Shown here one piece after another: positions 56,258 to 64,000 of a stretch of DNA of 64,000 bases; position 1 is the stretch's first letter; every line of letters begins with the position of its first letter. Both the position numbers and the translations under genes were made by a program. The stretch comes from a virus: the IMG/VR virus record IMGVR_UViG_3300009093_000034, positions 30,632 through 94,631 of that record, one strand, 5' to 3'. The notes below the pieces were generated by a model. It was not told the origin of the DNA. It did no database searches and worked only from the letters and a program-made list of their open reading frames with translations.

Positions 56258-56272
56258 GAGATATTGTAGATA
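56258..56272 (+). promoter_or_regulatory. conserved promoter-like motif TGAGATATTGTAGAT (copy 8), part of palindrome TGAGATAT-TGTAG-ATATCTCA
   Basis: 16 nt upstream of the ATG at 56288, with an AGGAGAG RBS. Confidence 0.55.
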
Positions 56273-56287
56273 TCTCAGGAGAGTATC

Positions 56288-56488
56288 ATGATTCAGACCC
56301 TAGCTGGCATCTGGCTGTTTGGTTGGATGCTTGCAGTTGCTACGGTTCTTCTAGACTACCCTAAGAAGGGAGCTCTGAAAGGCTGGCAGGAAACAGTCTC
56401 CATCCTTCTCTACTGTCTGGTTTTGATCCTTCTTTGGCCTCGTCGTGTTTACTGGCTTGGCAAGCAGATCTTGAAAGGTAACCCCTAA
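56288..56488 (+). CDS. small GC-rich membrane protein
   Basis: 66 aa with two TM helices. Confidence 0.4.
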   Translation: MIQTLAGIWLFGWMLAVATVLLDYPKKGALKGWQETVSILLYCLVLILLWPRRVYWLGKQILKGNP

Positions 56489-56489
56489 A

Positions 56490-57587
56490 ATGCAGAACCT
56501 TCTCGTCCTCAAGTTCATTCAGGAACATCCCAACGATTGGGAGCAGATCCTCTCTGCTGAGCCTTACCACATGTCAGTCAAGCACTACGATGGTAAGGAA
56601 CTCATCAACCAGAACTTGGTGATGCTCTCCTACAACCAGATCTTCTCCGACTTCCACAACCCGATCGTTCGTGAGTGCCGAGGTATCATCATCGACAAGG
56701 TCACCATGAAGGCTGTCTGTGTTCCGTTCTTCAAGTTCGGAAACCAGGGAGAGAGCTATGCTGACAAGATCGATTGGTCCACAGCTCATGTTCTCCAGAA
56801 GATCGATGGTTCTCTGATCAAGCTCTATTTCTACAATGGAACCTGGCGAATCGCCACCAATGGAACCATCAACGCTCTCGAGTGTGATCTTCCTTCGGAC
56901 CTTGGTCCTTCGAAGACCTTCGGTGAGTTGTTCTTGAACAACATCCCTGTGGACAGCTTCCTCGACATCGCCGACAAAGACTACACTTACATGTTTGAGA
57001 TCTGCTCTCCTTGGAACCGGGTGGTAACTCCCTGGCAGACCACCGAGATCTTCTTCTTGGGCATGCGTCACAACGAGACCCTTCAGGAAACTCTTCCTGA
57101 TGACCGGTTCATGCCGATCCTTCCTCCGAAGATGTATCCTCTGACCTCTTTGGCTGAGGTCGAAGCTGCTTCCAAAGAGCTTCCCTTCCAGGATGAAGGT
57201 TATGTCGTCGTTGACGCTGACTTCAAGCGTGTCAAGATCAAGGGTCCGGCTTACGTCAAGATCCACCATCTCCGTTCTGAAGGGCCCTTCACCATGAAGC
57301 GTGCCTTCGAGTTGGTTCAGGCCAATGAAGTTGGTGAGTTTCTTTCGTACTATCCCGAGTATACTAACGTTGTAGAAGGTGTTCGTTCCAAATTGGACGT
57401 CATCAAGGAAGCTCTGAAGGAACAGGAAACTCTTGTTTTCTCCCAGAACTTCCTTAGCCGAAAGGACTACGCTCTCTTTGTCAAGGACTTCCAGTACAAG
57501 TCTTACTTCTTCTCGAAGTTGGATGGCAAGGTGTCTGGCATCGACGAGTACGTTTCTAAACTCAAGTTCGATCAGGTTCAACTGTGA
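56490..57587 (+). CDS. RNA ligase 1 (T4 RnlA-like)
   Basis: VLQKIDGSLIKLYF is nucleotidyltransferase motif I KxDG(S/T). Its 365-aa length is comparable to T4 Rnl1. Confidence 0.7.
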   Translation: MQNLLVLKFIQEHPNDWEQILSAEPYHMSVKHYDGKELINQNLVMLSYNQIFSDFHNPIVRECRGIIIDKVTMKAVCVPFFKFGNQGESYADKIDWSTAHVLQKIDGSLIKLYFYNGTWRIATNGTINALECDLPSDLGPSKTFGELFLNNIPVDSFLDIADKDYTYMFEICSPWNRVVTPWQTTEIFFLGMRHNETLQETLPDDRFMPILPPKMYPLTSLAEVEAASKELPFQDEGYVVVDADFKRVKIKGPAYVKIHHLRSEGPFTMKRAFELVQANEVGEFLSYYPEYTNVVEGVRSKLDVIKEALKEQETLVFSQNFLSRKDYALFVKDFQYKSYFFSKLDGKVSGIDEYVSKLKFDQVQL

Positions 57588-57817
57588 AAAAAGAAAAGCC
57601 TTTATATCGAATCCTAGAAAAACACAGTAAGTTCTACCCTCAATGGCGAGGGTGGTTTTTCTGGAATTATTTTGAAGCAGATCCTGACACCGGAGAAGTT
57701 AAAGTTTGGAAAGAAACTTTAACTGCTGCCAAGCAGTACATCAAGTTCCACATTCAAGCTGTAAAAGAAGTTGAAGAAATGTGGAACCCTAAGATCGTGA
57801 TCCATAGTTTTGAATAG
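57584..57817 (+). CDS. hypothetical protein
   Basis: 77 aa. Confidence 0.4.
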   Translation: MKKEKPLYRILEKHSKFYPQWRGWFFWNYFEADPDTGEVKVWKETLTAAKQYIKFHIQAVKEVEEMWNPKIVIHSFE

Positions 57818-57834
57818 GAGTACATCATAAGAGT

Positions 57835-58347
57835 ATGAACAAAATTTTCACAAATGCAAACGTCTCAGCAATGGCCTCGGGCTTATCCTTAGTGGAAAAT
57901 CCTGAGGCTATTTCTATTGTGGTCCAAAAGGATCCGTCATCTTTTCATCGATCTTCTGAGTTCTTGGAGTTTACCAAGAAAGCCTTTCAGATGATGGTTG
58001 ACTCTGAAGTCCCAGTCCTTTCCTCTGTTGAGGTTAGTGAGTTTCCGGTTGAGGGAAATAATGGAGACTGGTTTCTCTGGTGGCACAAGACCCGCCAGCC
58101 TATCGTCTGTCTTAGTCCTACCTTCTACATCACCAAGAGAGTCTCAAGGTCCAACAAGCACATTCGTTGGGATCGCGCTGCCCACAATGCCTTCAGTGGC
58201 ATCAATGGTTACGCTCCTAGCATCAGAGCTGTTTGGTACGAGTTCGATGTTGATGGAAAGTTGGTCAAGTCTTTCAAGGATCTTGTCAAGGATGAAGCAG
58301 CAGACTTCCAAAGAGGAACTCTTCTTCTTAGAGGAAAGCTAAAGTGA
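57835..58347 (+). CDS. hypothetical protein
   Basis: 170 aa. Confidence 0.45.
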   Translation: MNKIFTNANVSAMASGLSLVENPEAISIVVQKDPSSFHRSSEFLEFTKKAFQMMVDSEVPVLSSVEVSEFPVEGNNGDWFLWWHKTRQPIVCLSPTFYITKRVSRSNKHIRWDRAAHNAFSGINGYAPSIRAVWYEFDVDGKLVKSFKDLVKDEAADFQRGTLLLRGKLK

Positions 58348-58553
58348 TCACCACAATCTCTTTCCTTTGGCTGATGGGATTCCTTGGTTGTCTAGTTCAT
58401 TTCACTTTGGAAAAGATCAAGTTCGTTAGGTTCGACGAGTTTGGATGGGAGTGGTTTCACTCTGCTCACTGGCTAGTTTGTTCTGTTGTCTTGTTCTTTA
58501 TCTGGCCAGCTTATGGCTTGATCCCAAAGTTTCGTCTCATCAGTAAAATGTAA
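58344..58553 (+). CDS. small TM protein
   Basis: 69 aa with two hydrophobic helices. Confidence 0.4.
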   Translation: MITTISFLWLMGFLGCLVHFTLEKIKFVRFDEFGWEWFHSAHWLVCSVVLFFIWPAYGLIPKFRLISKM

Positions 58554-58919
58554 ATAAAGGGAACTCTGTTTCAGCGTAACAACCGAAGTTAGCGCCGACA
58601 AAATGAGATGATGCGAAAGGCCTTGGGGAGCACAAGGTACCAACGAGTAGCTACCATCTCACGTACTGTCTCTCATGCCCCTGAGAGAACTTCCGTTTTA
58701 AGAAGCGACCACGAATTGCTTCCCAGGTTGCGGAAGAACAAATAGTTCCCGAGCAAAGTAGTGTAACGGTTTCGCACGACCAGTGTCTACTGGTTAGTTC
58801 TAGGATCATCCCCTAGACTTTGCTATTGCTCTTGAATTCCACGTAAAGGAGGTTAACCATTCACATGAATTCCAAGGACAACTTTCACACTTCACACATC
58901 ATAAGGTCTTCTCACGAAA

Positions 58920-59594
58920 ATGAAAACTATCGAAAGCAGTCCGCTCAACGACCGAGACTTGATCTACGAGATCAAGAACAACCAGGAAACATCTAGTAAA
59001 AACAGGTGGATCCTTTTCAAACGCTATGAGAATCTGATACATAAGCACTGGCATGGACTTAGAAATACTCTAGACAACTCTAGGTATGTCCAAGACGTCA
59101 AAGACGACTTTTACAGTGATGCCTTCATCACCTTCTGTAGCGCGTTGGATGCTATCAATCTCGACAAGGTTCGAGACAACAAGTGGAAGTTCCTAGGGTA
59201 CTTTGGCTGGTACCTTTCAAATCAAAGGAACTCTTCAGCCAGACGAATCATCAAGAAGCACCAGAAAGAAACTGCGATTGAGATTGCAGTTGAGAACCCA
59301 AGATCTTCTAGACCAAAGAACATCTATATCACAGATAGTTTCGATCATCTGTCTTCTCTTTCTACAGAGGAAGAAGTGATCAAGAACGATGAGTCACAGA
59401 GATTTTGGACGGCTTTGAACAGGTGCAAGACCAAGATTTGGTCTTCAGTAGAATCTGAGATCTTCGATCGAAGAGAGAAAGGAGAATCGATCGGAACCAT
59501 CGGACAGTCGATGAAGTTGTCAACTCCCATCATTAGAAAAACGTTATCTTCCATGCTATCAACTCTTAAGGTGGAAGCAGAGAAATCATTCTAA
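58920..59594 (+). CDS. sigma-70 family RNA polymerase sigma factor (phage-encoded)
   Basis: DDFYSDAFITF...KFLGYFGWYLSNQRN resembles sigma region 2 (FSTYATWWIRQ). The C-terminal ESIGTIGQSMKLSTPIIRKTLSS is a region-4-like HTH. Confidence 0.55.
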   Translation: MKTIESSPLNDRDLIYEIKNNQETSSKNRWILFKRYENLIHKHWHGLRNTLDNSRYVQDVKDDFYSDAFITFCSALDAINLDKVRDNKWKFLGYFGWYLSNQRNSSARRIIKKHQKETAIEIAVENPRSSRPKNIYITDSFDHLSSLSTEEEVIKNDESQRFWTALNRCKTKIWSSVESEIFDRREKGESIGTIGQSMKLSTPIIRKTLSSMLSTLKVEAEKSF

Positions 59595-59638
59595 CCAGAA
59601 ACGATCTTGCGTTAAAGCAAGGGATCTGAGTCCCAAAG

Positions 59639-59670
59639 AAAAAGCCCTCTTTCGAGGGCTTTTTTATTTT
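59639..59670. terminator. bidirectional rho-independent terminator
   Basis: AGCCCTC-TTTC-GAGGGCT is flanked by A-run and T-run. It serves the + sigma gene and the - RHH gene. Confidence 0.75.
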
Positions 59671-59879
59671 CTGATGATTTGAACTTGTTTACCATCAGGT
59701 TTTTCAATCAAGATCTTTGATCCTTTTTGTTCTTGTCTGATCAAGTATTGACAGTACTCAAGATCTTTTCTAAAGATCTCAGAGACAGCCAAGTTCACAC
59801 TCTGATTTGATTCTTTAAGTCTTCTCATAAGACTTCGTGGCAAGGTCACGACAACCGTGACCCTATCAGGATCTTCCAT
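59664..59879 (-). CDS. ribbon-helix-helix (Arc/CopG-like) DNA-binding protein
   Basis: RVTVVVTLPRSLMRRLKESNQSVNLAVSEIF fits the RHH beta-strand/helix pattern. It has an RBS AGGAGAG. Confidence 0.5.
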   Translation of the reverse strand: MEDPDRVTVVVTLPRSLMRRLKESNQSVNLAVSEIFRKDLEYCQYLIRQEQKGSKILIEKPDGKQVQIIRK

Positions 59880-59890
59880 TGTTCTCTCCT

Positions 59891-61972
59891 TTATGCAAAA
59901 ACCAACTCATCTTCAGGCTTGAGAGAGTAAGCGGGTTTGACTCCCTTGGTGGTCTTCACAGGATCAAAGGTGTTGAACGTGTAGGTTTTTCCTGTGGTTT
60001 CATCTAACACCTCGTAAAGAACTGGTAGGTCCAACTCTTTTCCTAGAGCGAAGACGTTGAAGGCAGTGAGACTGTGAAGGTCTGCTCCCATCTTTGGGTC
60101 TGTGTAAACTCCATACAAGGTTCTATCTCTACCAGCATTGTTCAAGCTTGTGTCGATAGCTGCAATTCTTGCTTGAAGAGAAGCGTAGTCAACCGTGGCC
60201 AACAGATAGTCTTCTGTGTTTGGAGACGTGATACATCTCTTAACCAGTTCAGCCAAGTCTCCGTGAGCAGGGATGTTTTGAAGGTTTGGGTTACTGCATC
60301 GGCCTCGGCCAGACTCAGTCAACATGACACCGTAGTTAGGATGCATTCTGAAACTGTTGTCTTCAGGATGGTACTTGATGTACTGCTCCCAACCCTTTTC
60401 ACTATCTTCTGAGCTTGAGATAAACGCCTTGAGGATTGTTTTCAACGATCTGAGCTCTTGAAGTTCTTCAGCTCCAGCTCTTCCTTTTTGCTTCCAACGT
60501 TCTAGACAAGCATCGTCCGTGATGTACAGACCAACCTTGGTTCTACCGAGCTCTTCCCAACCCATGGACTCAAAAAGTCGACCTAGAGCATGAGTACTGT
60601 TGAAGTCAAAGTCTCTAGTGATGTTCCAAAGTCCAGCCAACTTGGCCTCTAGTCTTTCAACCTCACCAAGAATTCTTGCTCTTGAACTTTGAAGCTCCGT
60701 CTTATTGACGTAGACACCTCGGTACTCTATCTCAGCGAACACTCGGTAAGCTGGCATCATGATCTCGTTGTAGTAACGTTCCATAGACCATGAAGGATCT
60801 TTCTCGTTTGGATATCTTTCATCCAACTCTCTGAGTTGGGACAATTGAGCAAAGTACACTCTGAATGCCAGGATGGCGTCTTTTGTAGCATAAGGAAAAC
60901 AAATGTGCTTTGGGATCAACGAGTAGTCTTCAACTCCAGTCTTCTCTTTGTAAAGGTCCAACTCTCTGTCATACCCTCCGAATGGGGTGTAGTAGTAAGT
61001 GGAAGGTTTAAGACCATTGTATCTCTGTTCATTGATGACGTGGCCGAGCTCGACAGTATCCCCGTAAACACAAGCAAAGGGAACTCCCTCTTGCCAAAGC
61101 CACTTAACGTCGAACTTGAGGTTAGCACCGATCTGTCTCTTCTTCTTGAGAAGTCTGTTCAGTGTTGGTTTATCAACTAGATGCCAAGGAACATAGTAAC
61201 CAGTCTCTCCGTCAAATGAGAACGTAAAACAAACAATTTTGTTTCCAAAGAAACTAAGACTGTTGGTTTCCAAGTCCCAAGAGAGGAAGGGATATCGATC
61301 ATCGTCTTCATATCTTTCACAGATCTCAATGAACTCTTCCGTAGTTTGAATATCAACTAGCTTCAGTTCAGGAATATCAGGAGGAGAGAGATCATAGTCT
61401 TGAGCCCAACTGAACTGATACTCAGCGAACCTTGTCTTGTACGTATCAACAGGAAACTCAGGATTTGATGGGACATTGTTCTTCCTCATGACTGGAACAA
61501 AGATCTCAAGGAAGGAGTCTAGAGGAAAGACCCACGTGTTAGCATCTGGAGACCAAAAGTAAGTCTTATTGAAAATGATGTCTCTAAAACAATCGATGGT
61601 GATGTCTGCACTTTTGTTGATAGCATAAAGAGCAGAACCTACTGCAAAGATAGCACGAGCACCTTCTGAGTACTTTTTCCAATTGGTTTGATTTGACCTA
61701 TAAAACTTAGCCAAACCTCCAGTGATCTCCTCTTTTTTAACGTCTACGTTCAAACTATACAAAATCTTGAAGCTTCTAATTCCATTCTTGAGAACAAACT
61801 TCTCGATCCTCTTAAGTTTCACAGGGGAGTAAAGTTCATCCAATAGAATGACATAAAAAGGTTCGTCTGGTTGAATATGATCAAGTGCTAATGCATCATG
61901 AACCATGTCAGCAGCAAGAACTTTCTTTGTTGCAGATGTGTTAAGTCCACCAAAACTAAAACTAAAACTCAT
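59891..61972 (-). CDS. family A DNA polymerase, N-terminal portion (3'-5' exonuclease + palm up to motif A); C-terminal motifs B/C not encoded here
   Basis: FLSWDLETNSL is Exo I. CSNPNLQNIPA is the Pol I-type NPNLQNIP block. LLATVDYASLQARIAA is motif A (DYSQIELR). The ORF ends before motif B (RxxxKxxxFGxxYG) and motif C (HDE). Confidence 0.7.
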   Translation of the reverse strand: MSFSFSFGGLNTSATKKVLAADMVHDALALDHIQPDEPFYVILLDELYSPVKLKRIEKFVLKNGIRSFKILYSLNVDVKKEEITGGLAKFYRSNQTNWKKYSEGARAIFAVGSALYAINKSADITIDCFRDIIFNKTYFWSPDANTWVFPLDSFLEIFVPVMRKNNVPSNPEFPVDTYKTRFAEYQFSWAQDYDLSPPDIPELKLVDIQTTEEFIEICERYEDDDRYPFLSWDLETNSLSFFGNKIVCFTFSFDGETGYYVPWHLVDKPTLNRLLKKKRQIGANLKFDVKWLWQEGVPFACVYGDTVELGHVINEQRYNGLKPSTYYYTPFGGYDRELDLYKEKTGVEDYSLIPKHICFPYATKDAILAFRVYFAQLSQLRELDERYPNEKDPSWSMERYYNEIMMPAYRVFAEIEYRGVYVNKTELQSSRARILGEVERLEAKLAGLWNITRDFDFNSTHALGRLFESMGWEELGRTKVGLYITDDACLERWKQKGRAGAEELQELRSLKTILKAFISSSEDSEKGWEQYIKYHPEDNSFRMHPNYGVMLTESGRGRCSNPNLQNIPAHGDLAELVKRCITSPNTEDYLLATVDYASLQARIAAIDTSLNNAGRDRTLYGVYTDPKMGADLHSLTAFNVFALGKELDLPVLYEVLDETTGKTYTFNTFDPVKTTKGVKPAYSLKPEDELVFA

Positions 61973-62210
61973 TATTTTCCTTCTTTATCAAAAGTAATAT
62001 ATAGACTAATGTGCAAATTTACTCACCAATGCAAATAAGAAAAAGTTAATATGGATTCCTAGATTGTTCATTTTGAACAGTGTGTAAAATGAGCAGCATA
62101 TATAAGAATCTAACATAATAAGAATCTTAGTACTTAGGGTCAAACCCGGATCAACAAGAGGTTGATTGGAGTTCATGAAGTTTTTACTGGACCATGTTAT
62201 ACTTGTTTGT

Positions 62211-63854
62211 ATGGCAAAAGAACTCCGATACTCAAACGATTCCAGACAACGCATGTTCAAGGGAGTTGACAAGCTTGCAAAAGCTGTCATGACGACTCTT
62301 GGCCCAAGAGGACGAACAGTCATCATTCAAAAGACCTTCGGGTCTCCTTTGATCACAAAGGACGGTGTGACCGTCGCTAGAGAAATAGAACTTCCAGATC
62401 CTTATGAGAACCTAGGTGCTCAGTTGATCAAGGAAGCTGCGATCAGAACTAATGATCTCGCAGGAGACGGTACCACAACGGCAACAACGTTGGCCTACTC
62501 CTTGATCAATCAAGGTCTTAAGAAGATCTCCGAGGGTTTTGACCCGATTGAGATCAAGAAAGGAATGGAAGAAGCTACTCTTAGAGCTCAGAAACACCTT
62601 CAGTCTTTTAAGATGGATGTTCAGGATACCAAAGACATCAGGCATGTTGCAACCATCTCAGCCAACAACGATGCAGAACTTGGTGGCCTTCTGGCTGAAG
62701 CCTTTGATCACATTGGAAATGACGGAATTGTGACAGTAGAGGATTCTCCAAATCGACAGACCTTTGTCTCATATTCCGAAGGACTCGAGTATGATGAAGG
62801 ATACGCAACTCCGTTCATTATCAACGACCCTAGAGGAATTGTTACTTATCAGAACCCAAGGTTCTTGCTCATTGATAGTGAGCTGAACAGCTTTCACATC
62901 ATAGTCAAGATACTCGAGAAGTGGACGAGAGACGGTTGTAAGTATCCTTTCGTCATTGTTGCTACTGGGTTTTCTAACGAAGTTCTGACGACTATCGGTC
63001 AGAATGTTCAAGGTGGAAAAAGACCTATAGCTTGTTTCAAAGCTCCAGGTTTTGGAGAGAAGAAACAGGTTTACTTGAAGGACTTGGCTGCTGCTTTGGG
63101 AGCATCCATCTTTACACAACAAGAGGTTGGTCTTCAACTAGCTCAGTTCCAAGAAGAACACCTTGGAAAAGCTGGTTCCTTGAAGCTTACCTCAAACAGA
63201 ACAACCATCGTTGATCCTAAGGGAGACGGAGAGGCATTTGAAAAACATGTTCAAGAACTTAGAGAGATGGAAGCAGAGTCTACTTCAGGCTTTGAAAAAG
63301 AACTTCTCCAAGAGCGACTCGCTAAACTCGCTGGTGGAGTTGCTGTGGTTCACGTTGGTGCTTCAACCGAAGTTGAACTCAAGGAAAAGAAACACAGGGT
63401 TGAAGACGCTCTGAATGCAACTAGAGCTGCTCTAGAAGAAGGTATTGTCATCGGTGGAGGAAACACACTCCTTAGAGTGGCAAAGCTTCTTTCTCAAAAC
63501 ATCAAGAACCTTGGATCACCAGGTTTTATGGCTGGTTACAACGCAGTGGTAAGAGGTCTTAGAGAACCATTCTATCAGATCGCTTATAACGCTGGAAAGT
63601 CTCTAGAAGATATCGTCGAAGCCGTTCCAATCATTACCAAGACTGGAAGCACCAACATGGGTTGGAACGCTTTGACTGATACCTTTGGAGACCTATATGA
63701 AGAGGGAGTTATCGACCCCATCAAGGTCACTCGATATGCCTTAGAACACGCAGCTTCTGTTGCTGCTATCTTCATGGTGGTTGAGTGTGCTATCATCGAT
63801 CAAGGAAACATCCGTGTCGTACCTAATGGCTCGGAGTTAATGGGAGAATTCTAA
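62211..63854 (+). CDS. groEL: GroEL/Cpn60 chaperonin homolog
   Basis: From the internal ATG at 62211: MAKELRYSNDSRQRMFKGVDKLAKAVMTTLGPRGRTVII...ITKDGVTVAREIEL...NDLAGDGTTTATTLA matches the GroEL N-terminus and the ATP-binding DGTTTAT block. Confidence 0.85.
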   Translation: MAKELRYSNDSRQRMFKGVDKLAKAVMTTLGPRGRTVIIQKTFGSPLITKDGVTVAREIELPDPYENLGAQLIKEAAIRTNDLAGDGTTTATTLAYSLINQGLKKISEGFDPIEIKKGMEEATLRAQKHLQSFKMDVQDTKDIRHVATISANNDAELGGLLAEAFDHIGNDGIVTVEDSPNRQTFVSYSEGLEYDEGYATPFIINDPRGIVTYQNPRFLLIDSELNSFHIIVKILEKWTRDGCKYPFVIVATGFSNEVLTTIGQNVQGGKRPIACFKAPGFGEKKQVYLKDLAAALGASIFTQQEVGLQLAQFQEEHLGKAGSLKLTSNRTTIVDPKGDGEAFEKHVQELREMEAESTSGFEKELLQERLAKLAGGVAVVHVGASTEVELKEKKHRVEDALNATRAALEEGIVIGGGNTLLRVAKLLSQNIKNLGSPGFMAGYNAVVRGLREPFYQIAYNAGKSLEDIVEAVPIITKTGSTNMGWNALTDTFGDLYEEGVIDPIKVTRYALEHAASVAAIFMVVECAIIDQGNIRVVPNGSELMGEF

Positions 63855-63855
63855 A

Positions 63856-64000
63856 ATGGCAAAAGACGTGATTGAGACTAGAGGTCTCTTTCAAGTAAGA
63901 ATCACACCTACCCTCAAGTGGCCGTTCAAGACCATGCCTATTTTTTATGATTCTAGGCACGTGTTCTTGAACACCAAAGACGCTGAGGCTTATAAGCCCT
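63856..64000 (+). CDS. hypothetical protein, 3'-partial at window edge
   Basis: ATG at 63856 directly after the groEL stop. The frame is open to the window end. Confidence 0.3.
   Translation, partial: MAKDVIETRGLFQVRITPTLKWPFKTMPIFYDSRHVFLNTKDAEAYKP

Noticed and set aside
56574-57581. 335-aa minus-strand ORF antisense to RNA ligase 1
   Set aside because: The plus frame has the diagnostic KIDGS motif. The antisense ORF lacks an RBS and would convert a plus-strand block into interleaved genes.
59891-61972. Possibility that the polymerase is interrupted by an intein or intron rather than truncated
   Set aside because: The ORF ends at a genuine stop codon followed directly by an RBS and an unrelated RHH gene. 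No in-frame continuation exists, and no group I or II intron features are visible in the adjacent minus-strand sequence.
62000-62210. CIRCE or heat-shock control element upstream of groEL
   Set aside because: The AT-rich divergent region has a TGCAAAT direct repeat and a TTGAAC box. There is no TTAGCACTC-N9-GAGTGCTAA inverted repeat, so a CIRCE operator cannot be claimed.
1-64000. CRISPR arrays, rRNA genes, integrase/attP or transposase genes
   Set aside because: No regularly spaced direct repeats were found. No rRNA-like conserved segments were found. No tyrosine or serine recombinase or transposase motifs occur in any ORF. The only mobility-type gene seen is the HNH endonuclease.

Overview
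This window reads as part of a large tailed bacteriophage genome: genes are densely packed, AGGAGG-type RBSs are common, there are many rho-independent terminators, and a T4 gp23-like major capsid protein is present. The layout is a long + strand block (1-33263), then a - strand tail-fibre/structural operon (33264-44080), then + strand accessory/enzyme genes (44136-58553) with a sigma-70-like factor, then a - strand family A DNA polymerase N-terminal fragment and a + strand GroEL homolog. Recognisable products are: major capsid protein; coiled-coil scaffold-like proteins; a Thg1-like 3'-5' nucleotidyltransferase; an RNA ligase 1; a small alarmone (ppGpp) hydrolase HD-domain protein; an M23 peptidase; a Nudix hydrolase; an HNH endonuclease; a tRNA-like gene with an apparent 28-nt insertion in the anticodon loop; a WGR+PARP-like ADP-ribosyltransferase; a macrodomain; an NMN-adenylyltransferase-like protein; two methyltransferases; a Pol-beta-type NTase fused to an HExxH region; an SPFH lipoprotein; and giant modular tail fibres with C1q-like tips. 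The most interesting structure not explained by ordinary gene calls is listed next. (1) A conserved promoter-like motif TGAGATATTGTAG occurs 8 times and is tied to GC-richer 'cassette' genes, including the PARP-like gene. (2) One promoter-terminator unit has no ORF and is a candidate sRNA. (3) Four short tandem ORFs retain only the N- and C-terminal motifs of the major capsid protein. (4) A split or truncated PolA gene. (5) A distributed NAD/ADP-ribose toolkit: PARP-like, macrodomain, NMNAT, Nudix. (6) An RNA-repair toolkit: Thg1-like, Rnl1, NTase, ligase-like, and the intron-like tRNA. All coordinates come from reading the sequence; no database searches were run.
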